Source: Synechococcus elongatus PCC 6301
GTDB taxonomy: Bacteria; Cyanobacteriota; Cyanobacteriia; Synechococcales; Synechococcaceae
Reading direction: 5' to 3'
Assembly (NCBI RefSeq): GCF_000010065.1
Contig: NC_006576.1
Location: 690,001 to 722,000 of the forward strand
Length of the DNA: 32,000 nucleotides
The notes beneath the pieces are model-generated. The model had not been told where the DNA came from, did not search any database, and was given only the letters and a program-made list of their open reading frames with translations. This document shows positions 1 through 9,523 of this stretch, in pieces; the stretch's first letter is position 1, and the number at the start of each line of letters is the position of its first letter. Made by a program: the position numbers and the translations under genes.

Positions 1-1586
1 TGCGTCAGGGCGATCGCCCCTACGTGCGGCAGCATTTGACTCCGGCCGGTCTGGTTACGGATGTATTTGTGCCGCTGTTCCAAAACGATCGCTATTTGGG
101 GGTGCTAGCGATCGGCACGAACCCGAGTCCAGCAGTGGTGGCTTCGTCGGGCTTGACCCGCGATGTGACGATCGCGGTGTTCATCACGATTTGGGTCATG
201 GTGATCGTCGGGGCAGTCTTCAATGCCTTGATCATCACGCGCCCCATTCGCGAGTTGGTGGAGGGCGTCCGCAGCATTGCTTCTGGAAACTTTAAGCAGC
301 GCATCGACCTGCCCCCCAGCGGTGAACTTGGGGAACTGATCGCCAGCTTCAATGACATGGCGGAACAGCTAGAGGGCTATGCCGCCCAGAACATCGATGA
401 ATTAACTTCCGAAAAAGCCAAGCTGGAGACCTTGGTTTCGACAATCGCAGATGGGGCCTTGCTATTGGATGCAGACCTCAACTTAGTGCTGGTCAATCCA
501 GCCGCAATTCGCATTTTTGGGTGGGAAGGGCGATCGCTCAAAGGTGATGACGTGATCGATCACTTACCGTCACCCCTTGCCCAAGAATTGCATGATCCAC
601 TCAAGGCGATCGCGAATGGCGATCGCGAGGCAGTGGAGTTGCGGTTGACCTTGCCGGAACGCAGTAATCGCACCGTACGCATTTTGGTCAGTAATGTCTT
701 GGATACAGCGCGGGCGAACGTGAAAGGCATTGCTGTCACGGTTCAAGACATCACCCGCGAAGTTGAACTGAATGAAGCCAAAAGTCAGTTCATTAGCAAT
801 GTCTCCCACGAGCTGCGAACGCCGCTGTTCAACATCAAGTCCTTCATCGAAACGCTGCATGATTACGGTGACGACCTGAGCGAAGAGGAGCGGCGCGAGT
901 TCCTGTCAACGGCAAATCATGAAACCGATCGCCTCACCCGTCTGGTCAACGACGTCCTCGATCCGTCGTGGCTGGAGTCGAATCGTCGCTACAACTTCGA
1001 AGGCATCGATCTGGTTCAACCGATCGAGCAGACCCTGCGCACCTATCAGCTCAACGCCCGCGAGAAAGGGATTGAACTGCGATCAGAGATTGCCCGCGAC
1101 CTGCCCGCCGTTCGCGCCAATTACGATCTGCTGCTCCAGGTTTTTGCCAACTTAGTCGGCAACGCCCTTAAGTTCACCGCTTCCGGCGGTTGCGTGGCAA
1201 TGCGTGCCTATTTGGTGGGTCAGCCACTGCGTACAGAGGCAGTGAATCATTCTGAAATTGTCAGCTCACTGCCGAATATACGGATTGAAATCAACGACAC
1301 TGGCATCGGCATTGATGCCGAAGATCAAGAGGCGATTTTCGATCGCTTTTTCCGGGTCGAAAACCGCGTCCACACCCTCGAAGGCACCGGCTTGGGGCTG
1401 TCGATTGTCCGTAATATTGTTGAGAAACATCAGAGCCGCATTCACTTAATTAGTGAAGTCGGAATTGGCACAACTTTCTGGTTTGACCTGCCGATTTATC
1501 AACCCGAGGAAGCGATCGCAGCACCCGCTAAGCCTGAGGCGATTACAGCAACGAATGGCACCGAAGTCAGCGTCAGCACCGGCTAG
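1..1586 (+). CDS. nblS: Sensor histidine kinase NblS/Hik33 (DspA) type, 5'-truncated by the window edge; HAMP, PAS, HisKA and HATPase regions
   Basis: Frame is open from base 3. HAMP-like region after a TM segment (ITRPIRELVEGVRSIASGNFKQRI); PAS region (LETLVSTIADGALLLDADLNLVLVN); H-box SHELRTPLFNIKSFIETLHDYG, typical of NblS/Hik33; N-box NLVGNALKFT; G-boxes DTGIGI and GTGLGLSIV. Stop TAG 1584-1586. Confidence 0.93.
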   Translation, partial: RQGDRPYVRQHLTPAGLVTDVFVPLFQNDRYLGVLAIGTNPSPAVVASSGLTRDVTIAVFITIWVMVIVGAVFNALIITRPIRELVEGVRSIASGNFKQRIDLPPSGELGELIASFNDMAEQLEGYAAQNIDELTSEKAKLETLVSTIADGALLLDADLNLVLVNPAAIRIFGWEGRSLKGDDVIDHLPSPLAQELHDPLKAIANGDREAVELRLTLPERSNRTVRILVSNVLDTARANVKGIAVTVQDITREVELNEAKSQFISNVSHELRTPLFNIKSFIETLHDYGDDLSEEERREFLSTANHETDRLTRLVNDVLDPSWLESNRRYNFEGIDLVQPIEQTLRTYQLNAREKGIELRSEIARDLPAVRANYDLLLQVFANLVGNALKFTASGGCVAMRAYLVGQPLRTEAVNHSEIVSSLPNIRIEINDTGIGIDAEDQEAIFDRFFRVENRVHTLEGTGLGLSIVRNIVEKHQSRIHLISEVGIGTTFWFDLPIYQPEEAIAAPAKPEAITATNGTEVSVSTG

Positions 1587-1637
1587 TCGACCCGCTTCAA
1601 CCAATAATGAGAGAGGCCATTCAGAGATTCAATTGGC

Positions 1638-2513
1638 ATGACTCAAGTACGGATCGGCATCATTGGGGGAAGCGGCCTCTACCGAATGGAAGCCCTCAAG
1701 GACGTGGAAGAAGTCCGGGTTGAGACTGCTTTTGGCGATCCATCCGACGCGCTGATCGTCGGCAACCTTGATGGCGTTCCGGTTGCGTTTCTGGCACGCC
1801 ACGGCCGCCACCATCAGCTCCTGCCCACCGAAGTGCCCTACCGCGCCAACATTTTGGCGATGAAGCAGCTGGGTGTGGAATACATTCTTTCGGCCTCAGC
1901 AGTGGGTTCCCTTCAGGCTGAGATCGCCCCACTCGATCTGGTCATTCCCGATCAATTTATCGATCGCACTTTTGCGCGGCCTTCGACCTTCTTTGGCAAC
2001 GGTCTCGTTGGTCACGTCACCTTTGGCGACCCCTTCTGTCCTGCCCTGAGTCAACTACTGGCCGAAGCTGTCAGTCTGGCGGAAATCCCGGAAATCAAAC
2101 TGCATCAGGGCGGCACCTACGTTTGTATGGAAGGGCCAGCATTTTCGACCAAGGCGGAGTCACAGCTGTACCGCAGTTGGGGTGCCCAGATTATCGGCAT
2201 GACCAATTTGACGGAAGCGAAGCTGGCACGGGAAGCCGAAATTGCCTACGCAACCTTGGCGCTAGTTACCGATTACGACTGCTGGCACCCCGACCACGAC
2301 AGTGTCACGGTCGAGATGGTGATTGCCAATTTGCATAAAAATGCGACCAATGCTCAGAAAGTGGTGCGGTCGGCGGTGGGTCTGCTCAGCGATCGCTGGC
2401 CAGAATCGGCTGCCCATGAGGCCCTCCGCTACGCACTGATGACTCCGCCCGAGCATGTGCCAGCCGAAACTCGGCAGCGTTTGGCACTACTCCTGCAGAA
2501 ATACTGGGGCTAG
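1638..2513 (+). CDS. mtnP: S-methyl-5'-thioadenosine phosphorylase
   Basis: [15 protein letters not shown] start; [20 protein letters not shown]; [16 protein letters not shown]; [18 protein letters not shown]; typical PNP/MTAP family motifs over full length. Confidence 0.93.
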   Translation: MTQVRIGIIGGSGLYRMEALKDVEEVRVETAFGDPSDALIVGNLDGVPVAFLARHGRHHQLLPTEVPYRANILAMKQLGVEYILSASAVGSLQAEIAPLDLVIPDQFIDRTFARPSTFFGNGLVGHVTFGDPFCPALSQLLAEAVSLAEIPEIKLHQGGTYVCMEGPAFSTKAESQLYRSWGAQIIGMTNLTEAKLAREAEIAYATLALVTDYDCWHPDHDSVTVEMVIANLHKNATNAQKVVRSAVGLLSDRWPESAAHEALRYALMTPPEHVPAETRQRLALLLQKYWG

Positions 2514-3415
2514 TGGCGATCGCGCCTCGCGGTCGGTTTGCTCCAACCCCCAGCGGCGATCTGCATCTGGGATCCTTGGTGGCAGCGGTTGGCAGCTATC
2601 TCCATGTCCGCAGTCAGTGCGGGACTTGGCTGCTGCGGATTGATGATCTGGATGCGCCTCGTGTGGTCCCCGGTGCCAGCGATCGCATTCAGACTTGTCT
2701 CGAAGCCTTTGGACTGCACTGGGATGAAGTGGTCTATTTCCAGCAGCCTCAGCAGGAGCATTACCAAGCAGCCTTGGAGCAGTTGACTGCAACTGGTCGG
2801 GTCTATCGCTGTCAGTGCAGCCGCAAGCAGTTGTCCCAATCTGGCGACTCAGTCTCTGTAGATGGATCACTACGCTATCCGGGCTTCTGTCGCGATCGCC
2901 AGCTCTCCAGTGAGATCGAGGGGAGCGATCGCCTCAACGTCCAAAATTTGCCCGCGATCGCCCTCGAAGATGCCTGGCAGGGTCGCTATCAGCAGGATCT
3001 CGCGCAGGCTGTCGGCGACTTTATTTTGCGGCGGCGCGATCGCCTCTTTAGCTACCACCTCGCTACGGTCGTGGACGATGCCCGGCAAGGCATTACGGAA
3101 GTGATTCGCGGCCTTGATTTGCTGGCCTCTACACCCCGCCAAATTGCCCTGCAACAGCTCCTGAATTTACCGACGCCCCACTATGGTCATCTGCCCTTGG
3201 TCGTCTGGCCGAATGGCGACAAGCTCAGTAAGCAAACCAAGGCGCCGCCACTCGATCTTCGCCAAGCACCAGCCCTACTCTCCCAAGCGATCGGGCATCT
3301 CGGACTCGCCATGCCATCAGACCTACAAGGGGCGCCAGTTGGTGAACAACTGGCTTGGGCGATCGCTCACTTTCCAGCGCCTAGACTAAGCAAGCAGCCT
3401 GATTCGCTCTCATGA
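2513..3415 (+). CDS. gluQ: Glutamyl-Q tRNA(Asp) synthetase (truncated GluRS paralog)
   Basis: GTG start overlapping the mtnP stop (TAGTG). GRFAPTPSGDLHLGSLVAAVGS HIGH-like motif, LLRIDDLDAPR, and a KLSKQTKAPP KMSKS-like motif. Length of 300 aa without an anticodon-binding domain fits GluQ. Confidence 0.9.
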   Translation: MAIAPRGRFAPTPSGDLHLGSLVAAVGSYLHVRSQCGTWLLRIDDLDAPRVVPGASDRIQTCLEAFGLHWDEVVYFQQPQQEHYQAALEQLTATGRVYRCQCSRKQLSQSGDSVSVDGSLRYPGFCRDRQLSSEIEGSDRLNVQNLPAIALEDAWQGRYQQDLAQAVGDFILRRRDRLFSYHLATVVDDARQGITEVIRGLDLLASTPRQIALQQLLNLPTPHYGHLPLVVWPNGDKLSKQTKAPPLDLRQAPALLSQAIGHLGLAMPSDLQGAPVGEQLAWAIAHFPAPRLSKQPDSLS

Positions 3416-3714
3416 ACAAAGAGACTCTGTTTGCGCTCTCTCTCTTTCCGTATTTGGGCTTTCTCTGGTTTGCAACGCGATCGGGGCAATTTCCCAAGCT
3501 GGCGCTTTGGGGCTTCTATGGCACCTTGGTCTTCGTGGCGGTGACGATTCCGGCAGGAATTTACGCCCAAGTCCACTACGGCGAAAGTTTGGCCAATGTA
3601 GACTGGCTGCATGGTAGTGCAGAAGTCTTTCTGACCCTCAGCAATATCTTGGTGGCACTGGGCTTTCGGCAACGATTCCTGGAGAACCAAGCCGATCGCG
3701 ATCGCAATCTGTAA
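3412..3714 (+). CDS. Small membrane protein, DUF3593-like
   Basis: ATGA overlap with the gluQ stop; three hydrophobic segments (LFALSLFPYLGFLWFA; LALWGFYGTLVFVAVTIPAGIYA; VFLTLSNILVALGF). Confidence 0.7.
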   Translation: MNKETLFALSLFPYLGFLWFATRSGQFPKLALWGFYGTLVFVAVTIPAGIYAQVHYGESLANVDWLHGSAEVFLTLSNILVALGFRQRFLENQADRDRNL

Positions 3715-3831
3715 AGTCTTTTGAAGGCTCCTCAGCAAGCTGGCAACAATCGGAAAAGATGAGTAGCGGTTGTCGTTTTGGACGCGTAGAAGCGGCAACT
3801 GTCATAGCAAATTGTTTTTAGGAGTGGCCCA

Positions 3832-4086
3832 ATGCTGCCGGTTTTAGCTGCAATTCCCCAAACTGTTGCTTGGAGCCCGAAAGTGGCTCTAGTGATGATT
3901 CTGAGCAACATCGTGGCGATCGCCATTGGCAAGGCCACTATCAAGATTCAGAATGCTGGTCCGGCTTTGCCTTCGCCCCAACTTTTTGGGGGTTTCGGTC
4001 TGCCTGCAGTCCTCGCGACCGCTAGCTTCGGTCACATTTTGGGCATTGGCGTCATCCTCGGCTTGGCCAACATCGGCAATCTCTAA
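3832..4086 (+). CDS. psaK: Photosystem I reaction centre subunit PsaK
   Basis: 84 aa with two TM segments. TVAWSPKVALVMILSNIVAIAIGKATI and LPAVLATASFGHILGIGVILGL match PsaK/PsaG family patterns. Preceded by AGGAG. Confidence 0.88.
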   Translation: MLPVLAAIPQTVAWSPKVALVMILSNIVAIAIGKATIKIQNAGPALPSPQLFGGFGLPAVLATASFGHILGIGVILGLANIGNL

Positions 4087-4112
4087 GCCCCCAGCCCTAA
4101 TCATCTATTTCT

Positions 4113-4156
4113 AAAACCTAGGAGCGGTTAGGACGGCACCTCAACTCCTAGGTTTT
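4113..4156 (+). terminator. Terminator-like hairpin downstream of psaK
   Basis: Perfect 12-bp inverted repeat AAAACCTAGGAG (4113-4124) / CTCCTAGGTTTT (4145-4156), 20-nt loop, followed by GTTTTG. Confidence 0.65.
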
Positions 4157-4282
4157 GTTTTGCGCGATCGCACCTTAAGACATCACTCAAGTCATCAGTC
4201 ACAGTATTCTTAACGGGCATGAAAAAAGCCCACAAACTTTTTGTGAGCTATCAACACAAATTGATGGTCGAGTCAAGAAAAC

Positions 4283-4777
4283 CTAAGCATTACCGCGAAT
4301 CTCAACAACAACACCATCGCGCAGCACGATTTCAACTTGCATTTTTTCAATCAAGTTATCGCCCGGATGCAGCTCAAAGAAGCTCTCAATTTGACCTTGG
4401 TTGACTTCTTCTTCTAAGTTGACCGTTTGTACTTGTTGCAGTTGCTGGAGAATTTGATTCTTCTGCTCAAGCAGCTGCGTTTTTTGCTGATTGACTTGAA
4501 TCTGAATGTTGTCAATCTGTTGCAACACATTCGGATGCACTGGATTGGCACTTTGGCTGCGAATTTCGTTGATTGCTGCTTGCCCCTGCAAATCCAACTG
4601 TTGAATCTGCGCATCCACTTGACCGAGCTGGCCCTGCAGTGCATTTTGGGCTTCTTGCTTCCAAGTCGGCGTCACGATCGCTTTGACATTGATCGTCCGC
4701 TTTAGCTGCAGAGGAGTACCGAGGGTCATAGATAGGGTCACAGAAAAGAATGAAGGGTCAAGGTGCTGAATCGACAC
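4283..4777 (-). CDS. YlqD-like coiled-coil protein
   Basis: TLGTPLQLKRTINVKAIVTPTWKQEAQNALQGQLGQVDAQIQQLD followed by a Gln-rich coiled coil and a C-terminal LHPGDNLIEKMQVEIVLRDGVVVEIRG. Start is uncertain: GTG at 4777 or an internal ATG. Confidence 0.65.
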   Translation of the reverse strand: MSIQHLDPSFFSVTLSMTLGTPLQLKRTINVKAIVTPTWKQEAQNALQGQLGQVDAQIQQLDLQGQAAINEIRSQSANPVHPNVLQQIDNIQIQVNQQKTQLLEQKNQILQQLQQVQTVNLEEEVNQGQIESFFELHPGDNLIEKMQVEIVLRDGVVVEIRGNA

Positions 4778-6727
4778 TTAACTCGCCGATTCAAACATCC
4801 CGTCGATCATAGCCGCGTAGTGTTCCGCGACAACGTTGCTACGGATTTTCAGGGTTTGGGTTAGCTGGCCATTTTCCATGCTGAACGGTTCTTCGATGAG
4901 GCGGAATGGTCCAATGCGATCGTCGATGCGGTAGCCCGGGCGATCGCGCACTTCGCGGTTCAGTTCCTCGCGAATCAGCTTCTGTACCACTCCCTGCAGA
5001 TCGGTTTGGCTGATGCCCTGTTCGCTGGCCCAGAGTGCGATCGCCTCTTGATTGGGCACAATCAACGCCCCCAAACTCTTGCGGTCTTGTCCCACCAACA
5101 TGATTTGGCTGATATAGGAACTTCGTAGGCAGGCATCTTCAATCGGCTGGGGTTCAATGTTTTCGCCATTGGTCAGCACGATCGTGTCCTTAGCGCGCCC
5201 CGTTAGCACCAAGTTGCCTTCACCGACGATGTAGCCTAAGTCGCCGGTGTCAAACCAACCTTCGGCATCGATCGCTTTCGCGGTCGCCTCGGGTTTATTG
5301 AAGTAGCCCTGCATGATTTGCGGCCCTTTCGCCAGCACCAAGCCGCGATCGCCACTGGGTCGGTTTTCCTTCGTTTCAGGATCGACGATCCGAATCGCCG
5401 TACCTGGAATCGGCTGACCGGCCGAACCCCGTAGGTTGTGCCAAGGCCGTCGCCCCGTCAGCACTGGTGAGGTTTCTGTCAAGCCATAACCCACCAGCAA
5501 ATCAACACCAACAATTTCGAAGAAGGTATCGAGGTGCAGTGCCAGTGAGCCACCGCCACTGATCACCTGCCGAATTCGGCCACCCGTGGCTTCTCGTACT
5601 TTGCCGTAGACGAGGCGATCGCCCAGCTTATGCAACGGTGCTAGCGCCAACATCCGGACACCCTCAGCGAGGCGCTGGGCTGGGGATTGGTTCAGTGCCA
5701 GCAAATCCAGTCCTTGCCAGCGGCGCCGTGCCAAAACATAGCGTTGACTCAAGCCAAAGAAGGTATCGATCAAGCGACGTTTCTTCGCCGGTTGCTCGCG
5801 AAACTGCTTCTGCACGCCCTCGTAGATCGATTCCCAGAGGCGCGGCACACTGACCATGAACTGCGGCCGATACTGCCGGATGTCTTGTTTGACATTGCGC
5901 AGCGTCGTGTAGACCTGTGTGCAGCCCTGGGAGAGCAGGAAATATTCACAAGCTCGCTCGTAGGAGTGCCAAGTCGGCAAAATACTCAGCACGGTGTCGC
6001 CAGGTTGCGGCTGCACAACCACACCTAATGTTGTGACTTGGTGCAGCAGGTTGCCGTGAGAAAGCATCACGCCCTTCGGTCGGCCTGTGGTGCCCGAGGT
6101 ATAGATCAAAGTGGCTAAGCGATCGAGCTGCAAAATTGGCTCCGGTGCCGGCAGCGATCGCCCCATCTCCAGCACGTCACTAAAACCAACGACGCGCAGG
6201 CTGTCGATCTCGACTACTTCATCGCTGAGCACGATCACAAACTGCAGCGATAGTGACGCTAAACCAGGCTGTAGTTTCTTCAGCAGCGCCGCGTCTTCGA
6301 CAATCAAGCCGATCGAACCGCTGTCCTCTAAGACGTAGAGCAGCTCCGATACTTCAGCTTGGGCGCCGCGCACCGCATTGGCAGCCCCTGCCAGCAACGT
6401 GCCTTGGTCAGCAATCAACCAGCGGGGGCTGTTATCCGCAAACTGCGCCAAGCGAGGCGGAAAGTCATCGGCTGTGGAGGTAGGCACTCCCAGCGCGAGC
6501 AGTCCGGCTGCAAACGCTTGGATCTGAATCGCCAATTCTTGATAACTGAGGGTGATCGCTGGTTTGGCATGGGGTGCAACCAAAGCCGGCATCGATCCAA
6601 ATTGACTGGCAGCACGTCCCCAAATTTGCGACAAGCTTTGGATATCGCGATAGCTTTTCAGTTTGGCCAAAAGCTGCTGTTCGTGGGGCGTAATGGCGCG
6701 GGGTTGCGCGAGGGCGGTTCCAGTCAC
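4778..6727 (-). CDS. aas: Long-chain acyl-ACP/acyl-CoA synthetase (AMP-forming)
   Basis: P-loop LATLIYTSGTTGRPKGVMLSHGNL; LLVGYGLTETSPVLTGRR; GWFDTGDLGYIVGEGNLVLTGRAKDTIVLTNGENIEP. 649 aa, GTG start. Confidence 0.9.
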   Translation of the reverse strand: MTGTALAQPRAITPHEQQLLAKLKSYRDIQSLSQIWGRAASQFGSMPALVAPHAKPAITLSYQELAIQIQAFAAGLLALGVPTSTADDFPPRLAQFADNSPRWLIADQGTLLAGAANAVRGAQAEVSELLYVLEDSGSIGLIVEDAALLKKLQPGLASLSLQFVIVLSDEVVEIDSLRVVGFSDVLEMGRSLPAPEPILQLDRLATLIYTSGTTGRPKGVMLSHGNLLHQVTTLGVVVQPQPGDTVLSILPTWHSYERACEYFLLSQGCTQVYTTLRNVKQDIRQYRPQFMVSVPRLWESIYEGVQKQFREQPAKKRRLIDTFFGLSQRYVLARRRWQGLDLLALNQSPAQRLAEGVRMLALAPLHKLGDRLVYGKVREATGGRIRQVISGGGSLALHLDTFFEIVGVDLLVGYGLTETSPVLTGRRPWHNLRGSAGQPIPGTAIRIVDPETKENRPSGDRGLVLAKGPQIMQGYFNKPEATAKAIDAEGWFDTGDLGYIVGEGNLVLTGRAKDTIVLTNGENIEPQPIEDACLRSSYISQIMLVGQDRKSLGALIVPNQEAIALWASEQGISQTDLQGVVQKLIREELNREVRDRPGYRIDDRIGPFRLIEEPFSMENGQLTQTLKIRSNVVAEHYAAMIDGMFESAS

Positions 6728-7013
6728 TCGGTCTACTCTCCTCAGCCAGCGTCCTCATTTTAGAGACCGATCACGCATTCCCTGCATTGCTTATGGGAGT
6801 TTTGCGACTGGGGCGATCGCTCGTCTCAGCCTGGCTCAAGTTCTTGTGAGTCAAGCAGCGCTGTCAGATGCCCGTTGCCCTGGCTCGGCGGCCTAAACTG
6901 GCTGGCGATCGCGGTTGAAACAAACCGTAGTACAAGACTGATTCCCAGGAACGGCCCAATCCCCCTAGAGTGAGATCAACACCTTTGTGTGGCCCTCAGG
7001 AGGAGCGCTAGCC

Positions 7014-7280
7014 ATGAGTTCTGACACTGCGACAACGGAGCTGCGGATCCGCCTTTGCATTCCTGAGCCTCGTCGCAATGAGCCCATCATCTACACGCTG
7101 ATTACGGAATACCAACTGCAAGTCAACATTGCAGCGGCGACCATGGGAGCCAATGGCATCGGCGAGGGCTGGTTTGATCTCAGCTTGGCAGGCCCCTCTG
7201 AGCGTATTGAAGAGGCGATCGCCTACCTGCGTACCAATGGGTTAGAAGTCTGGACTGAGTCTGAGCCCACGGATTGGTAA
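7014..7280 (+). CDS. NIL-domain protein (about 88 aa)
   Basis: RLCIPEPRRNEPIIYTLITEYQLQVNIAAATMGANGIGEGWFDLSLAGPSERIEEAIAYLRTNGLEV is a NIL-domain pattern. ATG at 7014, preceded by AGGAGG. Confidence 0.8.
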   Translation: MSSDTATTELRIRLCIPEPRRNEPIIYTLITEYQLQVNIAAATMGANGIGEGWFDLSLAGPSERIEEAIAYLRTNGLEVWTESEPTDW

Positions 7281-7347
7281 GGTTAACGACTGCAGTCAGA
7301 GGCGATCGCGCTAAAAGTAGCTTGTTAACCGACGATGGACGGATCCG

Positions 7348-7396
7348 CTAGACCTAGTGAGTGGTGGGGTGTCTCGTCATCCCCCACAAGGTCTAG
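7348..7396. other. Two-tier stem-loop in an intergenic region
   Basis: Outer arms CTAGACCT (7348-7355) / AGGTCTAG (7389-7396), with an inner G-rich/C-rich pairing GTGGGGTG / CATCCCCCAC. Confidence 0.5.
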
Positions 7397-7494
7397 AGCA
7401 TCAGAGGTTGCTGCAGTCGAATTCAGCCAAATCATGCTCAAAGCCGAATAGTCTAAGACCCAAGCTTTCAGCAGATTTTTGCTTATTTCTAGAG

Positions 7495-7565
<71 letters not shown>

Positions 7566-7575
7566 GTGGAAAGGT

Positions 7576-7657
7576 GGGCCGAGCTGGATTCGAACCAGCG
7601 TAGGCGTAGCCAGTGGATTTACAGTCCACCCCCATTAACCACTCGGGCATCGACCCA
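7576..7657 (-). tRNA. tRNA-Tyr(GTA)
   Basis: Minus strand GGGTCGATGCCCGAGTGG...GGACTGTAAATCC...long variable arm...GGTTCGAATCC...TCGGCCCA. Class II architecture, anticodon GTA. Confidence 0.93.
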
Positions 7658-7830
7658 AGCTTTCCACAAGAAGTCATTTAAGCATAGGCCGGAAAGGATT
7701 GCCAGTTTTTTGGGAAATTTTCTGGGGTGAAGAGCTGACTTGAAGCAGGCGAGAGGGATTCGCTATCATCAATAGCAACGCCTGCATCTGCGGGGTCTGT
7801 TCTTGGAAACCTGTACGGGGCAAGCACAGC

Positions 7831-7959
7831 ATGGGATTAGTGGATCAAATTCTGGATCGCCTGCAAGATTTGGCACGGCGGTTGATCGAAGCGCTGTTTG
7901 GTCCTGAAGCCCAGCCTGAACCTGAACCTATCCCCGTCCCTGTGCGCGATCGCCGTTAA
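7831..7959 (+). CDS. Candidate small protein, 42 aa: [42 protein letters not shown]
   Basis: Hand-translated; not in the supplied ORF track because it is below its length cutoff. Amphipathic helix plus acidic/Pro tail. Stop TAA lies 10 bp before the likely TTG start of aroQ. Confidence 0.45.
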   Translation: MGLVDQILDRLQDLARRLIEALFGPEAQPEPEPIPVPVRDRR

Positions 7960-7969
7960 TCTTCAAGCT

Positions 7970-8419
7970 TTGCTGAAAATTCTTGTCTTGCATGGCCCCA
8001 ACCTCAACCTCTTGGGGCTGAGAGAGCCGACAATCTACGGCCAAACAACGCTGGCTGAAATTGATGCCGACCTAATTCAACTGGGTCAGACTCTTGGGGT
8101 TGACGTTTCAACACTCCAAAGCAACCACGAGGGCGTCTTGGTCGATGCCATCCACACAGCGCGGGAGCATCAAGACGGTCTTGTGATCAATGCCGGTGCT
8201 TACACCCACACCAGTGTGGCGATTCGAGACGCGATCGCGGGCACCCAAATTCCGACGGTGGAAGTCCATCTCAGCAATATCCACAAGCGCGAAGCCTTTC
8301 GGCATCATTCCTATCTAGCCCCCGTTGTGGTTGGCCAGATTTGCGGCTTTGGCCCCGATAGTTACCGGCTTGGACTGCAGGCAATCGTCAACCACTTGCA
8401 AGCCCTAGCAACGGTATGA
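7970..8419 (+). CDS. aroQ: 3-dehydroquinate dehydratase, type II
   Basis: [22 protein letters not shown]; [13 protein letters not shown]; [17 protein letters not shown]; [18 protein letters not shown]. The likely TTG start at 7970 places the start just before this conserved N-terminus. Confidence 0.9.
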   Translation: MLKILVLHGPNLNLLGLREPTIYGQTTLAEIDADLIQLGQTLGVDVSTLQSNHEGVLVDAIHTAREHQDGLVINAGAYTHTSVAIRDAIAGTQIPTVEVHLSNIHKREAFRHHSYLAPVVVGQICGFGPDSYRLGLQAIVNHLQALATV

Positions 8420-9027
8420 CAGCCACGGTTCTACCAGAAGCACCCGCCACGATCCGCTTTTTGCAAACGCCCAGTTCCGAGGCTTGGCTTGAGCAAGCTT
8501 TGGCAAATTTTGAGATAGTGCTGCTCGACCATTCCCACTGCGAACGGAAGGCGGCTGGAGTTGCCCTCAGCCTGATCAGCCGCTATCCCAGTGATGCCAA
8601 GCTGGTGCGGACGCTGACTGCGATCGCCCGTGAGGAGCTGGAGCATTTCGAACAGGTCAATAGCCTCTTAGAAGCTCAAGGCATTCCGCTGCAAGCGCTG
8701 CCAGCCCCACCCTACGCCGCTGGTCTGCATAAAGCTATACGACGGACTGAGCCCGATCGCTTGTTGGATCAACTCTTGGTTGCGGCTTTGATTGAAGCGC
8801 GCAGCCATGAACGCTTGGGATTATTGGCAGCTCATTTGCCCGATGCCGCGATCGCTGGTTTTTATCGGGCACTGATGGCCTCGGAAGCACGACATTTCGG
8901 CGCTTATTGGCTGCTGGCGGTGGAACGTTTTCCGCGATCGCAGGTGGATAAGCGCTTGCAAGAACTGGCAACGCTAGAAAGTCAGCTGCTGAGCAACTTG
9001 CATCCTCAGCCACGCGTACACAGCTAA
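8416..9027 (+). CDS. miaE: tRNA-(ms2io6A)-hydroxylase (MiaE-like diiron protein)
   Basis: [19 protein letters not shown]; [15 protein letters not shown]; [17 protein letters not shown]; [17 protein letters not shown]: the E/EXXH diiron ligand pattern. Confidence 0.82.
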   Translation: MTATVLPEAPATIRFLQTPSSEAWLEQALANFEIVLLDHSHCERKAAGVALSLISRYPSDAKLVRTLTAIAREELEHFEQVNSLLEAQGIPLQALPAPPYAAGLHKAIRRTEPDRLLDQLLVAALIEARSHERLGLLAAHLPDAAIAGFYRALMASEARHFGAYWLLAVERFPRSQVDKRLQELATLESQLLSNLHPQPRVHS

Positions 9028-9521
9028 TGATGGATGCGATCGCAGTTGGCTCCGTGACACTGCGCCCTTGGCAGCCGAGCGATCGCGAGACAGCAGCGCA
9101 ATTGATTGCTCAAGTATTGGCGGAGTATGGCTTGGGCTGGGAGCCGGAGGGAGCCGATCGCGATGTGATCGAGGTTGAGCAAGCCTACTGGCAAACCGGC
9201 GGTGTTTTCTGGGTGCTGGAGCAGGGCGATCGACTCGTGGGGACGGGAGCCTTTTACCCGCTGCCCATGCGGGGGGAAGGAGCAGCCGAAATCCGCAAGA
9301 TGTATCTGCTGCCAGAAGTGCGCGGGCAAGGGCTCGGTCGGGCCTTGCTCCAGCGATTGGAGCAAGCGATCGCTGAGGCGGGTTATCGGCAAATTTGGAT
9401 CGAAACCAGTTCGTTGCTCAAAGAAGCGGTGAGTCTCTACGAGTCAGCAGGCTATCAACCGACAACGGAGGTCCACACGCTGCGCTGCGATCGCGTCTAC
9501 TGCAAATCGCTGTCCCCATAA
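9027..9521 (+). CDS. GNAT family N-acetyltransferase
   Basis: VTLRPWQPSDRETAAQLI; AAEIRKMYLLPEVRGQGLGRALLQRLEQAIAEAGYRQIWIETSSLLKEAVSLYESAGY: the classical GNAT motif A/B. Confidence 0.85.
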   Translation: MMDAIAVGSVTLRPWQPSDRETAAQLIAQVLAEYGLGWEPEGADRDVIEVEQAYWQTGGVFWVLEQGDRLVGTGAFYPLPMRGEGAAEIRKMYLLPEVRGQGLGRALLQRLEQAIAEAGYRQIWIETSSLLKEAVSLYESAGYQPTTEVHTLRCDRVYCKSLSP

Positions 9522-9523
9522 CA

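Noticed and set aside
7335-7451. Short ORF MDGSARPSEWWGVSSSPTRSRASEVAAVEFSQIMLKAE
   Set aside because: Coincides with the stem-loop at 7348-7396, has no RBS and looks like chance translation of a structured element.
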